Below are positions 28,301 to 41,300 of a stretch of 64,000 nt of DNA, piece by piece. The position numbers and the translations under genes were made by a program. Source of the DNA: Pecten maximus (Eukaryota); NCBI RefSeq assembly GCF_902652985.1, contig NC_047020.1:25792001-25856000 (forward strand). Direction: 5' to 3'. The notes beneath the pieces were generated by a model. It searched no databases. It was given only the letters and a program-made list of their open reading frames with translations, and was not told where the DNA came from. Within the stretch, counting starts at the first letter, position 1. Each line of letters opens with the position of its first letter.

Positions 28301-31300
28301 GTTTGTCACATGTATTTGTCACATTTCTCTTTAAGGAATTTCAATATAACAATAACAACATTAAAACATCTCATAATTAGCGCGTTCTTCTTTTTGTTTT
28401 TGGTTAATTGCAGCCATTTTTTAATCTTAATCGTTATGGCGCTATATACACGGAGTGCATTCTTGCAATCTATATTAACCGTGAGGCGGTTTTAGGAAGA
28501 AAGAATAATGGGATTTTTCACAAATAAGTGATTTTTGTATTTTATCTCCTCGTCACAGGACATTATTTATGGGATCAGACATAGGCGTGTGTACGTGCAA
28601 CTACAATGGGACAGAATCAGTACGGATTCTCAACAGTACAGCGAGCAGTAACGGAATCACATTTGATGGTATGTCATATTGTTGTTCAATAGGATGATAC
28701 ATGTACTTCACAGTCAATTAAAGAGACTAGAATGTATCGGCAAAATAATTATATATGATGCACCAGTCATTGAATTACTCACGAGAACATCGTGATTTAT
28801 GTGTCACAGTAAAATATATATACCAATGTTGATTTCTGTTGAAAAGCCTCTCATTAACTTTCCATTTTAAAATATATTAAAAGGTTATACATGAAATATC
28901 TAAAATATGGGAATCGTTGGTGTATTGATAAAGTAACGGCCTATCGCTATTGTAACAATTCCCAAGTAGTGTCTGAACGGCATTGATTTTATCCTACCTT
29001 ATGTCTTTATAAATGTTTATATCAAACCTTAAATCATTATGATTTTTTCTTCTTCTTTTTAAATGGTGTTTTAACAGCCAATTTTAGATATGCATTCAGC
29101 ATAGCGGCAAACTATGATAGAACGCTGATATGTCAAATTATACTGTACACATGCTTCCCTGATCATTTGTCTGATGAAGGTGACAGCGAACATACCGTCC
29201 TAGTCATCGAAACGTCATGCAAAAACATCCATTGGTTGTGTTACGAAAATCCTTACATAAAACCATTCATGAGGAAAATATTACGAAATATCCGACATGT
29301 AAAACAACTTACAATTGTATATCCAAATCGATGAAATAAAGAAAGAAATTATGAAATATCGGTTTATAATAGACCCATGAAAAGGAAAAGGAAACATATT
29401 ATAGGCAATGTCCTCAAAATGACAACTCTGGTAGCGGATCACTAGGTATGTATTATCAAGACACAGCATATTAACTACAGGTATCAGTCCATCTTCCTAC
29501 TCCTACATCTTTTTACGATTCGATTCGATAACGGAAACAACTTTGGATAGTTTTAGACCTGAAATTATTAATACCTAAATACGAGTAAAAACAACAGCTA
29601 TTTAGTCCTTTTTAGATGGTTCAGTGATACTTGGGGGCAAATGTGTGGAAATCCAACAGAGTAGTTAGAAAAAATAAATTGGCATAAACAAAGGTAAATG
29701 TAAAATAAAAATATAGAGTAAGGATATACATTTATGGTCGCGACAAACATCCAGATATAAATACGATTTAGCAATCTCAAAATAAATATCAGACATTTTT
29801 TTAATCGTGTGCTATATTTACAGACACCTATATATGCAATACGAGGAAATGTCATTTGGAGGATAAAGAGGTCTAACAATGAAGTGGAACAACTATTTAC
29901 CATATCTACCAAACCTAATCAAACGGTCCAGGGTCTGGCCGCAGTCGATGGTCACCTTTTCTTCGCCCTTAACTACTGTGAGCAAGGTCAAGCATCACAA
30001 TATTGTGATACGTAAGTACGGTGATTAGTCATGCACGTGTATTATTCCTCATTATAACCTCAATGTACTATAGATGTTATCATCTAACATATGTCCAGCT
30101 TTTCTATGATCTGAAAGCGAATGGCTTCTCCCATTGCATCATCTTTGATGTTGATTCGTATGACAAGAGACAGGCTGTCAAAATGTCTCCATGTAGCATT
30201 CATTTTAGTTAATAATTTGCACATGTACTATGGATTTTGACACGTGTATCTTGCTTTTTAATGTAAAAACATGTCTTAAGGCATTCATACTGTTGTGTAT
30301 TCTTTGAATTTACTTACTTAGTTTGACTTATTCCCATTAGTCATATATCAAAACTACATGCAGGTATATCTATCGAATGCTGACGGACGGTACTCAGTAT
30401 GAAGTGTTTAGTGCGTTGATCAGGACGCCTTACTGCGCCATGCTGAAACTTCTGTACGTTAAACCCTTACAGCGAAACGGTAAGTATTAGACACAGTACC
30501 CACTAGGACCTAGATATTGAAAAATGTCGAAAATTTCTTTTTTTTTGTAATTGTGCTTAACGGACAACTACCATAAAACTTCATTTTGTGACCAAACATA
30601 CATTGAATCATACAAATAAAAGAAACACATACTGAATAATTCATTTCGTGTCCGCGAATTATTATCAACTGAGTTTCTGATAGTATAAACCGGTTTATCA
30701 TACAGTTTGATTTTAGATAAAACTGTTAATAAATAAATAATATATTGAAACATGTTAAAATCGCTGGTAGTATGAACCATAATAATACCAGCTCGTGTAT
30801 TACTAATATGTTATTGTTAAATCTACAGAATCAACCACTACACCATGTCCAGAAGATAATAGTGGCACCTGTATCCATGTTGTCGACGATAATTTCAGAA
30901 ACGACTCTTCAGCTTCCAACAGTATGTTCAATTTGAATAAAAACTTAGTAAAGGGACATAACTGCAACGAGTAACGTTATCTTATAAAATGACTTATGGT
31001 GGTCTTAATCTTTTAAAAGAATCACCCAACCACAGAATAAAGTCAAGATTTTGATTTTATATTTTAGAAATACCTTTCTGTAGATTTTTATAATTTTATA
31101 ATACACATTCAGTTTAAGCTTAAGACAATGTTTGACGACATACGTGTATTTTTTTCAGATACATTGGCGCTGTGTCTTATCCTAATACCAATGGCTTTGT
31201 TTCTGTCTGCTATAGTATTATTTTTCTGCTGGAAAAAGTAAGTCGATCGAATAACTGTAGGTTTTTCATTTTAAGATTGGCTCCCGCTTATTCACTGTCA

Positions 31301-32741
31301 ATTTTTGAAAATATTTATTAATTTCAATTTTTCCTGCATTGTCTAAGCTGTAAGCTTTTGTGTTCATATTAAATTTGTTACTAGCGGTTTCATTGGCCTA
31401 CTCGATTGATCAGGTCGAGAAAACACTATATTTTGAATTAAATAGAAAATAACATGACAAAGGGATGTCTAAAGGATGGATAATGCATAAGACATTTTCC
31501 TGATCCAACAGTCGTCAAATGAGTTAAACTATGTCATGTGTTTCCAACCTCCACAAGTTTTCATAAATCTGCCTCCAAAGATTATTATTATCAAAGAGCA
31601 ATTCCTGAGGCTTAATAATGAAATGTTAGGAATGATACAATGAAAGATTGTGTTTTCTTTTGTACTTTGTACTGTTGTAAAATCGGGCACGTGTAAGACA
31701 TTCATAAGGGTTCGCGAACTCCGATTTCCCCCTTTTGTTTGATGTGCCGTAAACGAACATGTAAACCCAAGTTAAGACCCTGGGTACAGTAATACCATCA
31801 CGATATATACATGAAAATAGAGCAGAGGAAATATGAAATTGTTAAACATTCTGCTCAGTCGATTTAAAAAGAAACATGGAGTGGTTGTCTATTTACTGGG
31901 AGATATTTTACAACTCATACAGCGAATTATCGTACAAATTTGCTATTAACGCAAAGCTCATAACTTAGACAATAAAGGAAATATACAAAACAATTAAAGA
32001 TTTTTACGGGGAACAAAAACTGAATGTAAAAAACCAAGAATCCATCTTTGAAAAATACATGAATTTACGATTGAAAATATAGGTTTATGTAATTACAGCA
32101 TAACAGATGAATGAGTACTAGTTTTTTTTTACAGAATGTGTAAACCATAGTTTAAAGAATAAGCCATGGACATGTTATCATTTAGTTAAGATGTCATGAC
32201 TTATTGCCGAGATCGACTGGTTGCCTTTTGTGGTGTACTATCAAGTTTTAGAGTTAGTTCGCGTCATCCGAAATTCCAAATTGACAACTATCACACGCAA
32301 ACGATTAATCTGTTCTGTATAATAACGTACTTAAGCATTTTATTTTTCTATTTCACAAAATTTCAAATGAATATATGCCTGCTATGTGTTAGATTTTATG
32401 CATAAGCATAATATTCTAAAATAGCGAAGGTAGTTATGGCATATTTTAGAGATCTGCTTAATCTAAAAATTCATAATATGTTGAGTTACTATGCAACCGT
32501 GGTACATGAATCAGGCTTCCAACATACAAAACTATTCAAAGTTGTAAACTGCGGGTGATTTTTATGATACAAATATTTGGAAACTTTACCCGATTATTTG
32601 TTTTTAAATAATAAGTAAACATCCCTTTTTATCATGACTAGGATGGCAAAGCCCCAGCTGTGTAGCGAAGGCGATGATGCAGTAAATGAGACTCTACACA
32701 GTGGGCAGTACCTTGAGCTGAGGGAAGATGAGAAGTTTTGA
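25314..32741 (+). CDS. Single-pass membrane protein with LDLR class B (YWTD/LY)-like beta-propeller; apparent frameshift at the exon 4/5 junction
   Basis: Exons 25314-25368 (signal peptide MVKILVVYFSIFSVSLSH), 26741-26956 (YDRTTGRIFF...VYSVKMDGSD), 28052-28235, 28559-28668 (CNYNGT..GITFD), 29824-30011 (GLAAVDGHLFF), 30364-30479 (IYRMLTDGT), 30829-30921, 31159-31237 (TM TLALCLILIPMALFLSAIVLFFCW), 32642-32741 (tail with YLEL, TGA). About 380 aa if the phase mismatch at 28668/29824 is repaired. Confidence 0.75.
27140..27460. repeat. 26-bp intronic minisatellite
   Basis: Unit AAGGGTGTGATTTCTCTGTCACTCCC, about 12 copies, decaying rightwards. Confidence 0.88.
29166..29223 (+). ncRNA. Minimal (Penelope-type) hammerhead ribozyme-like motif
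   Basis: CTGATGA-A-GGTGAC...GTCATC-GAAA-CGTC; stem II of 6 bp; GUC site; stem I TTTGT/A(TG)CAAA is bulged. Confidence 0.5.
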
Positions 32742-32972
32742 TAGAGTGGATCACGACTTGTAATTAATGTGTCTTGTCTACAAACCTTAGAAAGAACAAT
32801 TGTTTTAACGGTATGGATAAAAAAAAAATTCTAGACCGGCGTGTGTGGAAGAAAGAGGATTTCAGTGGTGTAGACGACATATTTCTTAATAGACGACAGA
32901 TCATATTTTTGTTTTTGTTATTAAACAGGAGGATTATTAACGTAGTTCGTAAGCTAAACTGTGATAATCTTA

Positions 32973-32975
<3 letters not shown>

Positions 32976-33032
<57 letters not shown>
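32976..33032. repeat. (GA)n microsatellite
   Basis: Pure GA run. Confidence 0.98.
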
Positions 33033-33039
<7 letters not shown>

Positions 33040-33519
33040 ATTGTTTACATTGAACAAGCTATCGGAGATTAAGATCAAATAAACCTATTTATAAATGTGT
33101 CCGTTTTTGTCACATACTTTACTATCAGAAGTATATATCACATTGATTCCATCAGGAATTACATGAATGTTTCCATTAAATGGAGTAAATATATAATATT
33201 CCATTATTTGACAATAAGGAATCGGTATTTGGTGCTTACATCATTTGAGCTATCTTAAAATATCTATCTATTATGTAGAAAGCAGAATTAGGAAAATTTA
33301 AATATGATTGACTAGTCATATTCAAATGAAACGAGACATCAATATAAATCCTCTTGTGCAATTAATAGATATTCCTGTCGAATAGAGATACAGTAAACCA
33401 ACTCATTTTTGCGGCGACTTAATTTTTTAATTTTTATTTTTTAGAGTAACATATGATTACAATTAAGCAGGATCCTGGCTGTTCCTTGTACAATCACCAC
33501 ATTGAAACCATATCGATAT

Positions 33520-33900
33520 CAACATAACTTCTCTCAAGATATCTCTCTATGCAAATCTTAATTCATCCAAATGCAAACCATATCTCTACATGCAATGCAC
33601 AATTCCCCATCAAACAGATATCCATGCAAACTTCATCTCTGGGCAGATAATGATATTGCATCATAACAATGATATCTCTCTATACCAATAAGTATATATC
33701 TCGATACAACCTACCATATCTCCCCATACAATAATCTCTCTATACAAGTATTCATACAGTATATATCTATACAAATAATCACATCTTTCCATACAAATTT
33801 GATTAAATCTCCCAATACAGATAATTATATCTCCCCATACAAATAATCATATCCTTCCGTTCAAATAATCATATCTCCTTAAAAATAATAATTAATCTGC
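33520..33900. repeat. Degenerate minisatellite, unit about 23 bp
   Basis: Recurrent ATATCTCTCCATACAAATAATC-like units. Confidence 0.6.
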
Positions 33901-35391
33901 TTACAAACACTGTCCTTATGACACGTCCTCACAACAAGTACATACCTTTATGCAAATTATATATGTGAAACATAACATCCATATACAGTCAATTGCTATA
34001 GTGTTAACAGTGTAGGAAAACGTGTGTAAATAATGTAATGCCAATCATCATAATATTTCTGTAAGCTTCAGATCTACTTAGTTTTCAGGCATACAGGTAT
34101 TGCTTTTCCTGTTAATCATTAATATATAACGAGGTTCCTGTTTGGGTTAGCACATTTGTATCTTATTCGAATTATCTAACGTTTCCACGACTGGATGTAT
34201 TGTAAATCGTGTATTGTATTTCTGAGATGTGAGCATGCTTAACAATAGTAGCAATTTCTAGTGTCGGGGTCATTAGGAATCCCAGTTTCACATAAACGAT
34301 TTGTCATCGCTATATGCATAAACTTTTAAATGAGCTATCATTTCATATAAAATACTATGAAACGAGTCATATGTATGACGTCACAGTGGATTTTTGACTT
34401 GCACAGTCAATAAAAAAGGTTAAAAGGTATATCACATTAGGGACAGAAAAAATAATACCTGGTCAAATTCACCGCATAACATGTGGGTTGTGTGACAGTA
34501 TAGATAGGTTAGAAAAGCGATTTGGCGTGGACATGCTTAGACCTTTTCTTTAACAAGAAAGAATTACTGGAGACAGAAACGGAGATATACATATATATTG
34601 ATATCATATTCATAAAAATAACTAAATAAGATAATTAAAAAAAATTACAACAACAATAATAGTAAAAGCACTTGATAAAACACACCAATCAAGCTATACT
34701 TATAGATTAAAATCAATATGCATTTATTGCTGAATTATTGATATTCATATCAGAGTACAATAATTATAAGATCTGGTAAATTAATCGCTGATTTATTGAT
34801 TGTAATTTAACTTGCACTAGTCGAACGTACCATGGCGGTGTAAGTTTCAGACCTCCATTGTTCAAGTAATGTGGGCCGTATTCAATGCGTCACGCGTTGC
34901 CATATACCATAAGCAGTTCGAGGTAACCAGGATATTCGGTTTAAATAGCAATGGGAAACTCACTGTGATTGTCTCACTGGTAATGAATTCCACTGCTATT
35001 GAGTGTATGGATTTAACCTATGATCTGAGTATACCCAAATCAAAATAAACCAGAATAATATTATTAAATTTTCGTTAATTCTATGCTGGTTTGAAATAGC
35101 CATACGACTGTGTGACGTCATTTTGTTGGTATAACACTGTTACTTTACAAGAAATTATGCAAATGCAAATATTTTAAGTCCAAGTTCCAGCATCCCTAAT
35201 CATCAGAGTCACTGTGCCATACAATCTGTATAATATTATGACGATAGGTGCCTTAAATTGTCCCTATATGTTCTGATGACGTGTGGTTAAGTTGTAGTGC
35301 TGAGATGTGTATTTTGTATACATGTCTTGTAGCCGTACAGATGGACTTTTTATCTGCATTTCATAACAAAGATATTCCGGTGTGCTAGACA

Positions 35392-38300
35392 TCAAACTAT
35401 GAGAACGGAAACAGTTCTCTTTCGTCTATAAGATAACAGAAACCTGAACAAATCGACCACGTCAGACATTACGATGATGAGAATGGGCGTGCCAAGCATT
35501 AAAGCACCTGTGTATCCCATTATCTGTGACGATGTACGGTTGTCCTTGGCTGATATTTTCTTACGGATATGCATAGCCAGTGAACTTTTCTTTAGTACCA
35601 GTTCTCTTTTAAGTTCTTCCAATATCTCTTGCAGTTCTTCCCTTGTGATGTTGATATATTTTGGATTGGGAGATTTTGGACACATACATATTCCGGGGGG
35701 AACATTAGGACACTGTTCCGAATTGTTTATGGTAACAGCTGTCGTCGGAGGCAGAGTTATACATGAAGCTGTCGAAGCAGGATCTGGATGAAGATTAAAA
35801 ACAATATACAGAGAGATGCATGTAGAAAAACACTTAAGTCATTGACAGGAATTATGTTATACTGGAATTTGAATTTGCATAAAGATAAGAAATAATGACG
35901 AAAAGACGAAACCTACATTAAGTAAATAGAAATGAGTCAATGAAACTATTAATATAAACACGAATATGCAACATTATCAACTACATAATGTCATCTTTAT
36001 CTTTTAAAAATATCACAATTATTTGTGGCAAAATACTATAGATATAGCTAGTATGTTTTATTAAACTAAACATGTATAATTCCGATCACTGATTTAAGTA
36101 AACTGCTGCGTGGTGGTAGATACGTAAAACTCCCATCTGTCACCATTATAAAGCAATTCATATCAGATATGTATTGTTATCAGGTTATAAACATGCCATA
36201 ATGTATCATTATACTAATACAAACATGTTTTATAGACGACGTTGCAACAGATCAGCGTGTAACGTTTTATTGAATAACAAACTTTGAGTGGCCATATTTG
36301 ATATTGATTATGCTGTAGGTGTGTGTTTTGTGTTTCCCATGGGCAATCTCTCTCATGATTGGTAATAGTAAACAAATATGCCGTGTGAATGTACATATTT
36401 AAACTTTTAAAATACGGACACATTACAGTGACAGAACGTGACTTCTGGGTCAGCGTCCGGAAACTGTCATCGACTTGCATGTGAACACACCTAATATGTG
36501 CGCACACAAAAGATAAAATAAAGACATATTTGATTACATTTTCTATTGTTTAATTAGACACAAGTTAGATACAAGTAGTGTAATGTTTCTAATGAGAGAT
36601 TTCAAAAATTGTTGTAAGGTGTTAAAGATCGTTTCTTAGCATAGTCATCGATATCACCACAATATACACACGTGTGTTAATTACGTCCTAAAACTTTTGT
36701 TGAAATTCGTGGCCAATGGGCCTTAACCGTCATCTTACTTCCTTCAATTACCCTTGTAAGGTACATTTGTATATACTCAGTAGCAGTAGCTGTACTGACA
36801 ACAATTGTGCAATACTGTATGTTGTCCATGGCGACCAACTTTGCTTTTGACTAGCCCGAAAAATAACAGTACTATTTCAGGAGAATTTCAGCTAAGTAAC
36901 AGCTGAATCCAATGATACATGAAGAAATTCGAATTATGAAAACTTTAGAGAAGGCGCTGCGGACGACTATCGACGATACACATGGTATGTAGGTCTACCT
37001 GGCAAGCTGACCTTAAGAAAATGATGCTAAAATAAAAAGCATACAAATAATATCCGATCATGTTGAACCAGTTGTATTGGGCAATGTTTGATTGTTTTTG
37101 TACCATACATTACATAACATGGCTATATTACATCTAAATATGAGTTCATTAAACAGGACAGCCGCTGATACGCTTTATAAAGATGTGTTCTCGCTTATTT
37201 AAATGTAATTGAAATGTCGCGTATAGATTATATTGAATGCTTCCTATTTTTTCTGGATTTCCTACGTTATGAGCTTTCAGTTTTTGCAAAGTAATATACT
37301 TTAAGAGAAATGATACATACCACATACATACATTAGATGATTCTCTCGGGAAATTAACACCAATATCATACATTTTGTATACATATACAATGCTTCCCTA
37401 CGGGAACCTAAACACCAACATTCTATATACAGTTTTACAATGGAATCCCTACACATAATTCCCTTTTACGGTGATTCCCTAAGGGAATATACACCTGTAA
37501 ATTGATTCCCTGAGTGCACCTATATCTACATTGTAACTCCTCTATTTATTTATACAATTATTATCTCAGGTTACTTATACCTAACTTCTCTATTTATACA
37601 GTGAGTTCCTCAGGAAACTTACACTTAACTCCTCCAATAATACAGTGATTTCCTCAAAAAACCTACACCTTACTTTTCGAAACAGTAATTCCCCGAGGGA
37701 ATCTACACCTAACTAGTCCTCTTTTAATTCATATGGGTGATTTTCGTTGGTTACCTCCACATAACTCCTCTATTTATACAGTGATTCCCCAGATAACCTC
37801 CATCTAACTCCTCTATTTCTACAATGATATCCCCAGATAATCTACACATTACTCCTCTATTTCTACAGTGATATTCCAGATAATCTACACATAACTCCTT
37901 TATTTCTACAGTGATATCCCCAGATAACCTACACATAACTCCTCTATTTCTACAGTGATAGCCCCAGGTAACTTTCACATTACTCCTCTATTTCTACAGT
38001 GATATCCCCAGATAACCTACACATTACTCCTCTATTTCTACAGTGATATCCCCAGATAACCGACACATAACTCCTCTATTTCTACAGTGATATCCCCAGA
38101 TAACCTACACATTACTCCTCTATTTCTACAGTGATATCCCCAGATAACCTACATATCACTCCTCTATTTCTACAGTGATATCCCCAGATAATCTACACAT
38201 TACTCCTCTATTTCTACAGTGATATCCCCAGATAATCTACACATTACTCCTCTATTTCTACAGTGATATCCCCAGATAACCTACACATTACCCCTCTACT

Positions 38301-41300
38301 TCTACAGTGATATCCCCAGATAGCCTACATATCACTCCTCTATTTTTACAGTGATATCCCCAGATAACCTACATATCACTCCTCTATTTCTACAGTGATA
38401 TCCCCAGGTAACTTTCACATTACTCCTCTATTTCTACAGTGATATCCCCAGATAGCCTACACATTACTCCTCTATTTCTACAGTGATATTCCCAGATAGC
38501 CTACACATTACTCCTCTATTTCTACAGTGATATCCCCAGATAACCTACACATTACTCCTCTATTTCTACAGTGATATCCCCAGATAACCTACACATTACT
38601 CCTCTATTTCTACAGTGATATTCCCAGATAACCTACACATTACTCCTCTATTTCTACAGTGATATCCCCAGATAGCCTACATATCACTCCTCTATTTCTA
38701 CAGTGATATCCCCAGATAACCTACACATTACTCCTCTATTTCTACAGTGATATCCCCAGATAACCTACATATCACTCCTCTATTTCTACAGTTATATCCC
38801 CAGATAACCTACACATAACTCCTCTATTTCTACAGTGATATCCCCAGATAACCTACATATCACTCCTCTATTTCTACAGTGATATCCCCAGATAACCTAC
38901 ATATCACTCCTCTATTTCTACAGTGATATCCCCAGATAACCTACATATCACTCCTCTATTTCTACAGAGATATCCCCAGATAACCTACATATCACTCCTC
39001 TATTTCTACAGTGATATCCCCAGATAACCTACACATTACTCCTCTATTTCTACAGTGATATCCCCAGATAACCTACACATTACTCCTCTATTTCTACAGT
39101 GATATCCCCAGATAACCTACATATCACTCCTCTATTTCTACAGTGATATCCCCAGATAACCTACACATTACTCCTCTATTTCTACAGTGATATCCCCAGA
39201 TAACCTACACATTACTCCTCTATTTCTACAGTGATATCCCCAGATAACCTACACATTACTCCTCTATTTCTACAGTGATATCCCCAGATAACCTACACAT
39301 TACTCCTCTATTTCTACAGTGATATCCCCAGATAACCTACACATTACTCCTCTATTTCTACAGTGATATTCCAGATAATCTACACATAACTCCTTTATTT
39401 CTACAGTGATATCCCCAGATAACCTACACATTACTCCTCTATTTCTACAGTGATATCCCCAGATAACCTACACATTACTCCTCTATTTCTACAGTGATAT
39501 TCCAGATAATCTACACATAACTCCTTTATTTCTACAGTGATATCCCCAGATAAGCTACACATTACTCCTCTATTTCTACAGTGATATCCCCAGATAACCT
39601 ACACATTACCCCTCTACTTCTACAGTGATATCCCCAGATAGCCTACACATTACTCCTCTATTTCTACAGTGATATTCCCAGATAGCCTACACATTACTCC
39701 TCTATTTCTACAGTGATATCCCCAGATAACCTACACATTACTCCTCTATTTCTACAGTGATATTCCCAGATAACCTACACATTACTCCTCTATTTCTACA
39801 GTGATATCCCCAGATAGCCTACATATCACTCCTCTATTTCTACAGTGATATCCCCAGATAACCTACATATCACTCCTCTATTTCTACAGTTATATCCCCA
39901 GATAACCTACACATAACTCCTCTATTTCTACAGTGATATCCCCAGATAACCTACACATTACTCCTCTATTTCTACAGTGATATCCCCAGATAACCTACAC
40001 ATTACTCCTCTATTTCTACAGTGATATCCCCAGATAACCTACATATCACTCCTCTATTTCTACAGTGATATCCCCAGATAACCTACACATAACTCCTCTA
40101 TTTCTACAGTGATATCCCCAGATAACCTACATATCACTCCTCTATTTCTACAGTGATATCCCCAGATAACCTACATATCACTCCTCTATTTCTACAGTGA
40201 TATCCCCAGATAACCTACACATTACTCCTCTATTTCTACAGTGATATCCCCAGATAACCTACACATTACTCCTCTATTTCTACAGTGATATTCCAGATAA
40301 CCTACACATTACTCCTCTATTTCTACAGTGATATCCCCAGATAACCTACACATTACTCCTCTATTTCTACAGTGATATCCCCAGATAACCTACACATAAC
40401 TCCTCTATTTCTACAGTGATATCCCCAGATAACCTACACATAACTCCTCTATTTCTACAGTGATATCCCCAGATAACCTACACATAACTCCTCTATTTCT
40501 ACAGTGATATCCCCAGATAACCTACATATCACTCCTCTATTTCTACAGTGATATCCCCAGATAACCTACACATTACTCCTCTATTTCTACAGTGATATCC
40601 CCAGATAACCTACACATTACTCCTCTATTTCTACAGTGATATCCCCAGATAATCTACATATCACTCCTCTATTTCTACAGTGATATCCCCAGATAACCTA
40701 CATATCACTCCTCTATTTCTACAGTGATATCCCCAGATAACCTACACATAACTCCTCTATTTCTACAGTGATATCCCAAGATAATCTACATATCACTCCT
40801 CTATTTCTACAGTGATATCCCCAGATAACCTACATATCACTCCTCTATTTCTACAGTGATATCCCCAGATAACCTACACATAACTCCTCTATTTCTACAG
40901 TGATATCCCCAGATAACCTACACATTACTCCTCTATTTCTACAGTGATATCCCCAGATAACCTACATATCACTCCTCTATTTCTACAGTGATATCCCCAG
41001 ATAACCTACATATCACTCCTCTATTTCTACAGTGATATCCCCAGATAACCTACACATTACTCCTCTATTTCTACAGTGATATCCCCAGATAACCTACACA
41101 TTACTCCTCTATTTCTACAGTGATATCCCCAGATAATCTACACATAACTCCTTTATTTCTACAGTGATATCCCCAGATAACCTACACATTACTCCTCTAT
41201 TTCTACAGTGATATCCCCAGATAACCTACACATTACTCCTCTATTTCTACAGTGATATTCCAGATAATCTACACATAACTCCTTTATTTCTACAGTGATA

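Noticed and set aside
32135-32150. Alternative last exon of the propeller gene (KMCKP*)
   Set aside because: Good acceptor but an immediate stop; 32642-32741 gives a more plausible tail. Cannot be excluded without RNA data.
32764-33082. ER/LS-repeat ORFs
   Set aside because: Produced by a GA microsatellite; the same applies to 8758-8946.
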